Part shown: positions 9,091 to 16,680 of the stretch, one piece after another | Position numbering within the stretch: the stretch's first letter is position 1 | Layout of the letters: every line of letters starts with the position of its first letter | From: an uncultured Bacillota bacterium | Lineage (GTDB): Bacteria; Bacillota; Clostridia; Christensenellales; UBA1242 | Assembly: GCA_947088415.1 (NCBI GenBank) | Contig: CAMUGK010000002.1 | Location: forward strand, 1-32,772 | Reading direction: 5' to 3' | DNA: 32,772 bases | Program-made: the position numbers and the translations under genes | The notes under the pieces: generated by a model | The model's input: the letters and a program-made list of their open reading frames with translations, nothing else | Told to the model about the DNA's origin: nothing | The model's database searches: none

Positions 9091-9963
9091 ATGGAAAAGA
9101 ATAATTTAATAAAAGAAAACGACCTTGTTAAAGTAAGAGTTGTTAGAGATGAAGTAATATTACACAATATTAGCATGTGTAATCGTAAACCTGTTTCAAG
9201 AAGAATTGGAAATGGTAAAAGAGTTAATATTCAAACAGGCGAAATCACAGAAGAAAAGAAAACTGCAAAACGAGGCGAAAGCCTTTATAGTTTGCTTGAA
9301 AGCAATATTAAACTACAAGATTTAATTAAAGAAAATACTGTAAACTTAAAACATATACTTTTGCTAACATTCACTTACAGAGAAAAAACATTAGATATAA
9401 AGAAAATAAACGAAGATTTTAAGTCTTTTATGAAACGATTAAGGCGAAGAATAACTGAATTTGGAACAATAGAATATATAAACACACTTGAATTAGATAA
9501 TGGTGGCTATCATATACACGCAATAATTTTCTTTAATGAGTCTAAAAAGATTGTTTATATACCTGACACAATAATAGCAGAGATATGGGGTCATGGGTTT
9601 ATAAAGTTTGGGAAAAAACCTAAAACTAAAAAAGATGTATACTATTATGTGACACCTCACTTATCAAATGAAGTGACAAATAAAAATAGTCATATGCACT
9701 ATAAAGCACTAATGCAAATGGAACTACCAACTGGACAAAACCTTTATAGATATTCAAAAGGTCTTAAAAAGCCTATAATTCACACGGATACTTATGAAAA
9801 TGTGAAGAAATATCTTAAAGAAAATAGTTATGTGTTTGAAAGAGAAAATGTATATCTTAATCCTATGCAGTCTCACAGGGGCAACAACCTATACTATTGC
9901 AAAGAGTATTATAAAAAAGAAGAAACAAAGTCTTACGGATTAGGTAAACGAACACCTATCTAA
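9091..9963 (+). CDS. rep: HUH-superfamily rolling-circle Rep / relaxase-like protein
   Basis: Motif I-like ILLLTFTY. HUH motif GGYHIHAIIFF (H-I-H at nt 9511-9519). Tyr-rich motif DVYYYVTPHL. AAGGAG RBS. Confidence 0.7.
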   Translation: MEKNNLIKENDLVKVRVVRDEVILHNISMCNRKPVSRRIGNGKRVNIQTGEITEEKKTAKRGESLYSLLESNIKLQDLIKENTVNLKHILLLTFTYREKTLDIKKINEDFKSFMKRLRRRITEFGTIEYINTLELDNGGYHIHAIIFFNESKKIVYIPDTIIAEIWGHGFIKFGKKPKTKKDVYYYVTPHLSNEVTNKNSHMHYKALMQMELPTGQNLYRYSKGLKKPIIHTDTYENVKKYLKENSYVFERENVYLNPMQSHRGNNLYYCKEYYKKEETKSYGLGKRTPI

Positions 9964-9986
9964 ACTGCCTTTTAAGAAGCATTGAT

Positions 9987-10013
9987 ATTTAATATAATAA
10001 ATTTATATTAAAT
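9987..10013. repeat. AT-rich 11-bp hairpin just downstream of rep, plus a nearby direct repeat CCTATTTGCA x2
   Basis: ATTTAATATAA (9987-9997) pairs with TTATATTAAAT (10003-10013). CCTATTTGCA occurs at 10036-10045 and 10070-10079. Confidence 0.4.
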
Positions 10014-10149
10014 AATTTATATCAGCCATTTTAGACCTATTTGCAGTGGCGAGAAAGTTTGTGACAGTCCCTATTTGCAAAATAATAGCCCCAAAGTTAT
10101 AATTTTTATATAAACTAAGAGCAAAGTGTGATATAATGCAAAGGGAGGC

Positions 10150-10974
10150 ATGAAAATGAAACAAATAAAAACTTCCATCTATTGGTTTATTTTAATTTGT
10201 AGTGTTTTAATGGCGGTTTTAATAACAATAGCAACTACTATGGGTTCAAATAATTTAATTATAGGACTTATTTCAGGTGTTTTTTCTAGTGCTATGGTTG
10301 TTTTGATTGACCTTTTTATAAAATATTTTATAAGTAAAAAAGAAACATTTCAAACTATTACAAATTCAGTTTATAATTTATTTTCACAAGTAATCTTATT
10401 TATTTCAAGTATAGAAGATTTTGGGTATAATGATTTTGAATTATGGTATGAAAATATCCAAAACAAACGAAAAGAATTACTAAAAAGTTCAAGGGACTTA
10501 ATAGATAACATTTGCGATGTTTACTGCTTTTTCAAAAAAGGATATAAACTTGTTGGAGAACTTTATCAACTTTTTTATACATTAGACTTCTATGAGTTAT
10601 TAGATTTCTCAAATAGCGAAATTACTTTGGAAATTCAAAATACTATAATAGAAATTGAAGACATGGACTTACTAAAATATAGAGATAAAATAAGGCTTAA
10701 AAACAAATTTGAAAAATTAAAAGATAATTATAAAAATCAATTAAAAGAAGGAATTAAAAAATTAAACGAATACCTTCATCCAGTAGAAAATATTTATAAA
10801 GATATGTGTAAAAAATATTTCAATGAAAGTATTTATAACAATGCTAAAAAGTTTTTGAATAATTTAGATTTTGAATTAAATGATAAAAAATTAAATTATG
10901 CCTTTAGAGAGATTTTTATAAAGCAAGATATTCAATTAAAATATTTGAGTAAAGATAAAAAAGACTTGCAGTAA
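10150..10974 (+). CDS. Membrane protein with two N-terminal TM helices and a helical cytoplasmic domain of about 200 aa
   Basis: TM segments IYWFILICSVLMAVLITIATTM and LIIGLISGVFSSAMVVLIDLFI. The ATG at 10156 has better spacing to GGAGG (10144-10148) than the ATG at 10150. A terminator hairpin is shared with the convergent XRE gene. Confidence 0.6.
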   Translation: MKMKQIKTSIYWFILICSVLMAVLITIATTMGSNNLIIGLISGVFSSAMVVLIDLFIKYFISKKETFQTITNSVYNLFSQVILFISSIEDFGYNDFELWYENIQNKRKELLKSSRDLIDNICDVYCFFKKGYKLVGELYQLFYTLDFYELLDFSNSEITLEIQNTIIEIEDMDLLKYRDKIRLKNKFEKLKDNYKNQLKEGIKKLNEYLHPVENIYKDMCKKYFNESIYNNAKKFLNNLDFELNDKKLNYAFREIFIKQDIQLKYLSKDKKDLQ

Positions 10975-11001
10975 TTTGCAGGTCTTTTGTTTTATTTGTT
11001 T

Positions 11002-11301
11002 TTAAGCAATGTAATAATAGCACTTTTTTTTATCAGGGCTGGCGGTTTTAAGTAAGTCTATAATCTCTTTGTCTTTGCGATATGCACTTATCTCATAATA
11101 AAAAAATTCAGAAACAGATGAATCACAAGCGTCTATAATTTCAAGCAGTGCTGAAACTGAAGGCTCAAAACTATCATTTTTAGACTCTAGACGGGAGATA
11201 TAGGCGGGATTTTTACCTATTTTCAAACTTAAATCACGAGCAGATAAACCTTTGTCTGACCTTAATCTACTTATACGAAAAATAACCTCTTTTTTATCCA
11301 T
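11002..11301 (-). CDS. XRE-family HTH transcriptional regulator
   Basis: LRSDKGLSARDLSLKIGKNPAYISRLESKN is a classic Cro/CI-type HTH. The gene is divergent from the operon at 11466-12944. Confidence 0.85.
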   Translation of the reverse strand: MDKKEVIFRISRLRSDKGLSARDLSLKIGKNPAYISRLESKNDSFEPSVSALLEIIDACDSSVSEFFYYEISAYRKDKEIIDLLKTASPDKKKCYYYIA

Positions 11302-11396
11302 AAATCCACCTCACAAATATACTAAAATTATAAATGATAAGCGGCTTTATGGCACTTTGCAACACTTGTAAAAATTACATAGTATGAAACTATTTT

Positions 11397-11445
11397 GCAC
11401 TTATAAGTGCATTTGTTTGCTTTTACATTCATTTTGTGCTATTAT
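11397..11445 (+). promoter_or_regulatory. Perfect 14-bp palindrome (candidate operator) abutting the operon promoter
   Basis: GCACTTATAAGTGC at 11397-11410. -35 TTGCTT at 11417-11422, a 17-nt spacer, and an extended -10 TGcTATTAT ending at 11445. Confidence 0.45.
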
Positions 11446-11465
11446 ACTTACATGAGAGGTGCAAA

Positions 11466-12302
11466 ATGAAAATTATTTTAAGTAAAAAGGGGTTAGACAG
11501 TAGCAACAGTGTTAAGCCTATAACTATTGATAATAAGCAAATGATATTTTTGCCTATTCCAAGTAATCAAGATTATGATAATGCAAGATATAGCGAAGTG
11601 TTTGAAAATAAAATATCATTGCTTTTCTATTGTATGGAAATGGGTATTGATTTTGGTTATATAGACAACAAAAAATTGCCAATGAATGGAACTACAAACT
11701 GCCATTTAGACCCACAACTTATAAATTATTTTGGTTATGATAATTTCAAAGGTAGTTTTGGGCAAGTGAAAGCCGCCCAGAAGCATTTAGAAAATAAACA
11801 AGTGCAAGCAGGCGATTTGTTTTTGTTTTATGGTTGGTATACCGATAATAAAACACATAAAGAAAAGCATACTCTTTTTGGCTATTTGCAGGTTGGAGAG
11901 ATTATAAAAGTTAATGAGTTGACTGCAAGCCAAAAGCAAAAAATAGTTGATAAATATCCTTGGCTACACCATCAACCTCATTGGTATAGCCAAGAAACAA
12001 ATAATACAATTTACATAGCAAGGGAAACCTGTTCATTTAATAAAAATATCAAAGGTTTTGGAATGTTTAAATATGATAAAGAATTAGACTTGACAGCAAA
12101 AGATATTGGCACAAAAACCTGCTGGGAAATTTCAGCATTGAAAAATTGTAAAGTATCTTTCAAAGACCATAATGGAAACGACAGTTTTAATGATTTGGGA
12201 CAATTTAGAGTTGCTGACCGCTGTCAAGAGATAGTTATTGAAGAGTGTCCGCAGGCTGAAAAGTGGGCTATAAACTTAATTAAAAAATATAAAAGGAGAT
12301 AA
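11466..12302 (+). CDS. Conserved-looking protein of unknown function (279 aa), possibly Nmad3-like
   Basis: The track ORF starts at a GTG (11436) inside the -10 box. The ATG at 11466 has GAGAGGTG upstream. The N-terminus MKIILSKKGLDSS..., CHLDPQL, FGQVKAAQKHL and GDLFLFYGWY resemble my recollection of Nmad3 (nucleotide-modification-associated domain 3) proteins. This is from memory and unverified. Confidence 0.6.
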   Translation: MKIILSKKGLDSSNSVKPITIDNKQMIFLPIPSNQDYDNARYSEVFENKISLLFYCMEMGIDFGYIDNKKLPMNGTTNCHLDPQLINYFGYDNFKGSFGQVKAAQKHLENKQVQAGDLFLFYGWYTDNKTHKEKHTLFGYLQVGEIIKVNELTASQKQKIVDKYPWLHHQPHWYSQETNNTIYIARETCSFNKNIKGFGMFKYDKELDLTAKDIGTKTCWEISALKNCKVSFKDHNGNDSFNDLGQFRVADRCQEIVIEECPQAEKWAINLIKKYKRR

Positions 12303-12304
12303 AA

Positions 12305-12625
12305 ATGAAAAACATAAGTTTAACAGTAGAATTCAAAAATCCAGAAAAAGAATTGCAAGAACAATTACAAAGAAATGGTGCAAGAAATATAAGCATAAGA
12401 AGAAATTTTGACGGCTGTCTTGAAGTGTCTTACAAAATTGTTTGTGCTGACCCACAAAAAGAAATTGAAAAAATGCTGTCATCATCTGGCGGACAAAGTG
12501 TTAGAAGTTCGTCAAGTTATAATGGTGCAAGATTTGATATGAAAATTGACGATCGTCTTGATGAAAGAGAGTTCAAAAAGCAAATTATAGACGCTCTCCG
12601 CAGAGCAGGTTTTAGAGCAAACTAA
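12305..12625 (+). CDS. Hypothetical protein (106 aa), closely coupled to the upstream gene
   Basis: The ATG lies 2 nt after the upstream TAA, with AGGAG inside the upstream 3' end. No motif recognised. Confidence 0.6.
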   Translation: MKNISLTVEFKNPEKELQEQLQRNGARNISIRRNFDGCLEVSYKIVCADPQKEIEKMLSSSGGQSVRSSSSYNGARFDMKIDDRLDEREFKKQIIDALRRAGFRAN

Positions 12626-12639
12626 AAACAACTAAAAAT

Positions 12640-12674
12640 AACCGTCTCCGTTATGATTAGTAGGAGGCGGTTTT
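12640..12674 (+). terminator. Terminator-like hairpin whose 3' arm contains the RBS of the next ORF
   Basis: AACCGTCTCC (12640-12649) pairs with GGAGGCGGTT (12663-12672), with one G-T pair. TTTT follows, then the ATG at 12675. Confidence 0.5.
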
Positions 12675-12944
12675 ATGTTTTTAGAAATTTACGATAAGTT
12701 TGACAAAAAGTTAGGAGATGTTTTTGTTAGTGAAGATGGCCATATGTCTTTATGTTTTGACAATAAAAATAATTTGCTAGGCAGAATTGTTGGAGATGAG
12801 AAAGTTTTATTTGCCTTTGATGAAGATGATAGGTATTTAGGAAGATATGATAGTCTTTATACTTACGATAGGCATGACAACTTGTTAAAAAGGGGTAATT
12901 TAATATATAACATGTTTTATCTCACCATTAAACACATTAGATAG
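12675..12944 (+). CDS. Small repeat-containing protein (89 aa), possibly 4-fold beta-flower-like
   Basis: Internal repeats: DNKNNLLGRIVGDE, DEDDRYLGRYDS and DRHDNLLKRGN. The family name is recalled from memory only. Confidence 0.5.
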   Translation: MFLEIYDKFDKKLGDVFVSEDGHMSLCFDNKNNLLGRIVGDEKVLFAFDEDDRYLGRYDSLYTYDRHDNLLKRGNLIYNMFYLTIKHIR

Positions 12945-13323
12945 CCCTGCAAGTGCCTGCAAATGGCGTGAGAACAGGCAAAAGAGTTTTTATCGGTAAA
13001 TCGACCATGAAAATATAAAAAGCCATACAAAAGGCTAAATAATAGGAAAAGTCCGCAAACAGAAAGCGGTCTTTTTTTATGCTATTTTTTATCTTAAAAC
13101 CATGACATGGTAAAACATCGCTTCAATAACCCCTGTCGTGTGAAGTCATATGTAAACAACGAGTTGGGATAGAGCAAAAAATCACTATAGTCCTGTGTGC
13201 ACATTAAAAGCACACGAAAATTTACGGGATTTTTCGGGAAATACGGCAAAATGGTTGCCTTCTCTGCCTGCATCGGCTTTAATGAGTTCTAACTCGAAAA
13301 ACTCCCATTACAAAAGGAGGTAA

Positions 13324-13518
13324 ATGGTTATGTATAGGACGATAGAGCAAGCCTATGCTTACTTAAAAGAACTTGACCCTAACACAGCACTAACAAAATA
13401 TTATTTGAGAGTTTTGTGTCAAACAAACCAAATCACAGTGCTTAATATAGGCTCAAAGTTTTTAATCCAACTTGAAAGTTTATGCGACTTTCTAAAAATC
13501 AAATTATGTGAAAACTAA
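13324..13518 (+). CDS. Excisionase-like HTH protein
   Basis: Homologous to the ORF at 3171..3389 and located upstream of the integrase. The ATG at 13330 has better spacing to GGAGG (13316-13320) than the ATG at 13324. Confidence 0.6.
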   Translation: MVMYRTIEQAYAYLKELDPNTALTKYYLRVLCQTNQITVLNIGSKFLIQLESLCDFLKIKLCEN

Positions 13519-13536
13519 AAATATAAGGAGTAAAAA

Positions 13537-13953
13537 ATGGAAATCAAAAATTTAGGAAAGTATGTAAGTGTGTTAGACAATGGCTTAATGCAAATGATTG
13601 GAGAAAAACCTATTGAATATACACTACATGCTCAATTTAGAAGCACAGTCACAGGTGCGATAACAAGATTTGAAAAAGTTGTAAAAAATACAAAAGAATT
13701 TGAAGGAAAAGAACTTAAAGAGTTTTTATATTCAAACCTTCAAGAATTTATTAAAGAACGAGAGTTTAGGTTTATATATAACTTTATACCTTATGAGTCA
13801 GCGGAATATGAATTCCCTAACAAAAAAGGCAAGGTAAAGACATGGAAAGCAAAAGTGTTTTATAGTGAAAGCGAAAAAGAAAGTCATAAAATGTTTTTGA
13901 AATTAGCACAAGCAAGAGAAGAACAAAAGTTAAGAAAAAAAGGAGTAATGTAA
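13537..13953 (+). CDS. Hypothetical protein (138 aa)
   Basis: AAGGAG RBS. The stop codon lies 1 nt before the integrase ATG. No motif recognised. Confidence 0.6.
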   Translation: MEIKNLGKYVSVLDNGLMQMIGEKPIEYTLHAQFRSTVTGAITRFEKVVKNTKEFEGKELKEFLYSNLQEFIKEREFRFIYNFIPYESAEYEFPNKKGKVKTWKAKVFYSESEKESHKMFLKLAQAREEQKLRKKGVM

Positions 13954-13954
13954 A

Positions 13955-15376
13955 ATGGCAACATATGAGAAAAGAACAGCAAAGAAGGACGGTCATATCA
14001 CATATGGCATACAAATCAAAGTTAAGGACTATTTGGGTAGAGATAAATTTGTAAACACTACTTGGAAAAACCCTAACAACCTTACAGGCGAAAGAGCAAA
14101 AAAGGCTGCGATTGCTTTTGGTGAAACATGGGAAGCAGAATATAAAAACGGTCATACCCATAAGTTAAGCAATGCAAGTTTTAATCAAGTAGCAAATGAG
14201 TGGCTACGAAATGTTAAACACAGAGTATCATTAAACTATATTTTACGATCGGAAGATTGTATTAAAAGAATGACCGAATACTTTGGAGATGTAAGATTTG
14301 TAGATTTAAGGGCTCATGAAATCCAACAATTTATCACATACCTAAACGAATATACTTACAAAACTATAACCGCAAAAGTAAAAGAATATAAACTTGATGA
14401 GTTTAAGGAAAGTATAAAAGCAAATGGCGGTGCGAGAAAGGCAGAGAGAGATGGAATAATATCACGCCCTGTGTTTTACTATGCTACACATGGAGAACCT
14501 ATTGCATATAGCAGTGCCGAGAAAATTTGTAATTTATTAAAAATAAGTATAAAAGAATTTTTTGAAAAGATTGTAGTTGAAAAAGGTTATGCAAAAGAGA
14601 CAATACTAAAATATCAACACACATTAAGTGCAATTTTCAATTATGCAATCAAAAATGAGTTAGTGACTTCAAATTATGCTTCAAGTGTTTACACAAAAGA
14701 TAGCATAGGCGGAAGAAAAACCGAAGAAGCCAAAATATTAACTAACCAAGAATATGACAAATTATTAGAAACTTTGAAACTTGCGGACAACAAGTTAGAC
14801 AACAAAGGACAACCACTTAATCTTATTTGGGAAACTATACCTTTGTATGTTATGACCCAATTAGGACTTAGAACTGCCGAAGTGTGCGGTCTTAAATGGG
14901 AAGATATAGATTTAGATGAAAGAGTTTTGAGTGTATGCAGAGATAGAGTTTACACTCCAAAATATGGTGTTTATGATAGAGATACAAAAACTGCTAAATC
15001 AACAAGAAAATTATTTATAAGTGATTTGTTAGCCGAAAAATTACAATTATTCAAAGATAAATATGAAGAACTTAAAAAAGCCGATAAAAAGTTTGATAAA
15101 AGAGGCTATATCTTTTGTAATGTTGATGGCACACCAAAGTTCCCACAATATCTTAACTATTTACTACAAAAATATCTTTTAGAAGCAAATGTCACAGTTG
15201 TATCAAATCATAAGATACGACACACATGGATAACAAGACTTATCACAAATGGTGCACCTGTAAACGGAGTTGCACAAATGGCAGGTCATGCCGACAAAAA
15301 TACAACATTAAAGATATACACTCACTTTTCAAAAGATGTTAAGGCATCACAAGAATTGTTGACAAAATATTTGTAA
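13955..15376 (+). CDS. int: Tyrosine recombinase / integrase
   Basis: GLRTAEVCGLKWEDID, HKIRHTWIT, AGHADKNTTLKIYTH. Same architecture as the integrase at 3401..4792, including the shared segment ISRxxF..AT.G......AEKIC. Confidence 0.9.
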   Translation: MATYEKRTAKKDGHITYGIQIKVKDYLGRDKFVNTTWKNPNNLTGERAKKAAIAFGETWEAEYKNGHTHKLSNASFNQVANEWLRNVKHRVSLNYILRSEDCIKRMTEYFGDVRFVDLRAHEIQQFITYLNEYTYKTITAKVKEYKLDEFKESIKANGGARKAERDGIISRPVFYYATHGEPIAYSSAEKICNLLKISIKEFFEKIVVEKGYAKETILKYQHTLSAIFNYAIKNELVTSNYASSVYTKDSIGGRKTEEAKILTNQEYDKLLETLKLADNKLDNKGQPLNLIWETIPLYVMTQLGLRTAEVCGLKWEDIDLDERVLSVCRDRVYTPKYGVYDRDTKTAKSTRKLFISDLLAEKLQLFKDKYEELKKADKKFDKRGYIFCNVDGTPKFPQYLNYLLQKYLLEANVTVVSNHKIRHTWITRLITNGAPVNGVAQMAGHADKNTTLKIYTHFSKDVKASQELLTKYL

Positions 15377-15410
15377 TGTTATTGAGACACACAAAAACTT
15401 AATAAAATAA

Positions 15411-15443
15411 AATGCTAGGTGCGAATACTCGTATCCTAGCATT
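15411..15443. terminator. Bidirectional terminator hairpin between the integrase and the HEPN gene
   Basis: AATGCTAGG (15411-15419) pairs with CCTAGCATT (15435-15443). Confidence 0.6.
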
Positions 15444-15465
15444 GATAATGTTTCGACATGAATTA

Positions 15466-16116
15466 TTATGGTCTTTTTATTGATTGAAGAATAGAAACTA
15501 ATTTTTCAGTATCTAAACTTTTTCTAGTAAGATAGCCAAGTTGATAATCTTCAAACAATATATCTATTGAATTGCCAAAAGTATTATGACAAGAACTAAT
15601 TTTGTCATGCCCTAGCAATTCAAACATATTGTTCATTAAGTCGAAGATATTTTCAAGTAAAGCAATTATTTTTGCAGAGTCTAATTTTAAGAGAAATATG
15701 TCTGAGTTTGCATTTCGCAGTTTTTTATCAAAATGTGCTAAATAATTATCTCTAAATGTTCTTAATTTTGACAACTCATCTTTATTGTCGCTTATCAGAG
15801 TGTCAATATTTTTAGCAAGTTCTTTTAGTTTTAGGTCGTTTTGTTTATCTAGAATTTTATTTGAATTTATAAAGTTTGAAACACTTTGAATAGATAAGGA
15901 ATCAGGGTCGCCATCAAATAATTTAGCAGCAGTTAACATAGATTGTTCTTTTAATGAATGAGAAATATGTCCTAAGTCATTTTTTAGAATGCCATAAGAC
16001 GACTTATCTATTTCATACCAATCGTTTATTCTTTCATTCAAGTAATAGTTGTTTTGGACTTCACTAATTTTAGAATGTAAAAATTTAAGTGTTTTAGTCA
16101 AAATATCAGAATTCAT
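15466..16116 (-). CDS. HEPN-domain protein, AbiU2-like abortive-infection candidate
   Basis: The internal ATG at 16116 has AGGTGA upstream. The track start at 16149 lacks an RBS. An Rx4-6H motif, RDNYLAH, lies at nt 15733-15753 within LRTFRDNYLAHFD. The protein is all-alpha and Leu/Asn/Lys-rich. Confidence 0.6.
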   Translation of the reverse strand: MNSDILTKTLKFLHSKISEVQNNYYLNERINDWYEIDKSSYGILKNDLGHISHSLKEQSMLTAAKLFDGDPDSLSIQSVSNFINSNKILDKQNDLKLKELAKNIDTLISDNKDELSKLRTFRDNYLAHFDKKLRNANSDIFLLKLDSAKIIALLENIFDLMNNMFELLGHDKISSCHNTFGNSIDILFEDYQLGYLTRKSLDTEKLVSILQSIKRP

Positions 16117-16162
16117 TATCACCTCACAAAATAAAAAGTATCTAGCCAAATAGATACTTAAA

Positions 16163-16237
16163 TGGTGTTCCCAAGCCGACTCGAACGGCTGACTAACCCT
16201 TAGGAGGGGTTTGTAATATCCACTTTACTATGGGAAC
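16163..16237 (-). tRNA. tRNA-Arg (anticodon CCU), intact, 75 nt with encoded CCA
   Basis: The reverse complement folds as GTTCCCA TA GTAA AGTGGATA TTAC A AACCC CTCCTAA GGGTT AGTC AGCCG TTCGAGT CGGCT TGGGAAC A CCA. All four stems are Watson-Crick paired. Confidence 0.9.
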
Positions 16238-16379
16238 ATAAAACTTATAAAAAACTATAAAAAATTGGAGTGAAGATGGCTTTTGTATGGGATTTACGAA
16301 AATCACAAAAACATAATACCACAGAAAACCTAGTAAATACAAGGGTTTTAGGGGTTTTCAGGGGTGGCTATAACAAAGC

Positions 16380-16419
16380 CTTAGGAGGCGACCGCTCTAT
16401 CCAGCTGAGCTACGAAAAC
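16380..16419 (-). pseudogene. Orphan 5' half of a different tRNA-Arg(CCU): positions 1 to about 39. Acts as an att junction.
   Basis: The reverse complement reads GTTTTCG TA GCTC AGCTGGATA GAGC G GTCGC CTCCTAA G. It then continues into non-tRNA sequence (GCTTTGTTATAGCCACC). Confidence 0.75.
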
Positions 16420-16680
16420 AGGATGATATAAGTATAGCATATATTGATAGTTAAAGCAATTATATTTTATAATGTCAAAAGTTTTGATTATATGAAAAGC
16501 GTTAAAAGTATCAATTTTGGACAGAATTCGATGTTGCACGATATTATTCGACAACTTTCGATAAAGTTTTTGTGTAAAATGTAAAAAATTCTTGCAAACG
16601 ATAGTAAGAAAATTTTTATCATATTCAATTTTATGGTATAACATATTTAAGATTTATTTACTTTTGTTTAGGGAGTCAAT

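Larger units (their letters stand above)
8836..16388. mobile_element. Integrative element 2 (about 7.5 kb), bounded by att cores at 8836-8844 and 16380-16388
   Basis: CTTAGGAGG occurs at both ends. The inner flanks carry a perfect 8-bp inverted repeat: TAGCCACC at 8851-8858 and GGTGGCTA at 16363-16370. Contents are Rep, an XRE operon, excisionase and integrase, a HEPN gene and a tRNA. Confidence 0.65.

Noticed and set aside
16381-16644. 87-aa minus-strand ORF in the track
   Set aside because: Its 3' end is the tRNA-Arg 5' half fragment. The remainder is AT-rich promoter sequence for the gene at 16681. There is no RBS.
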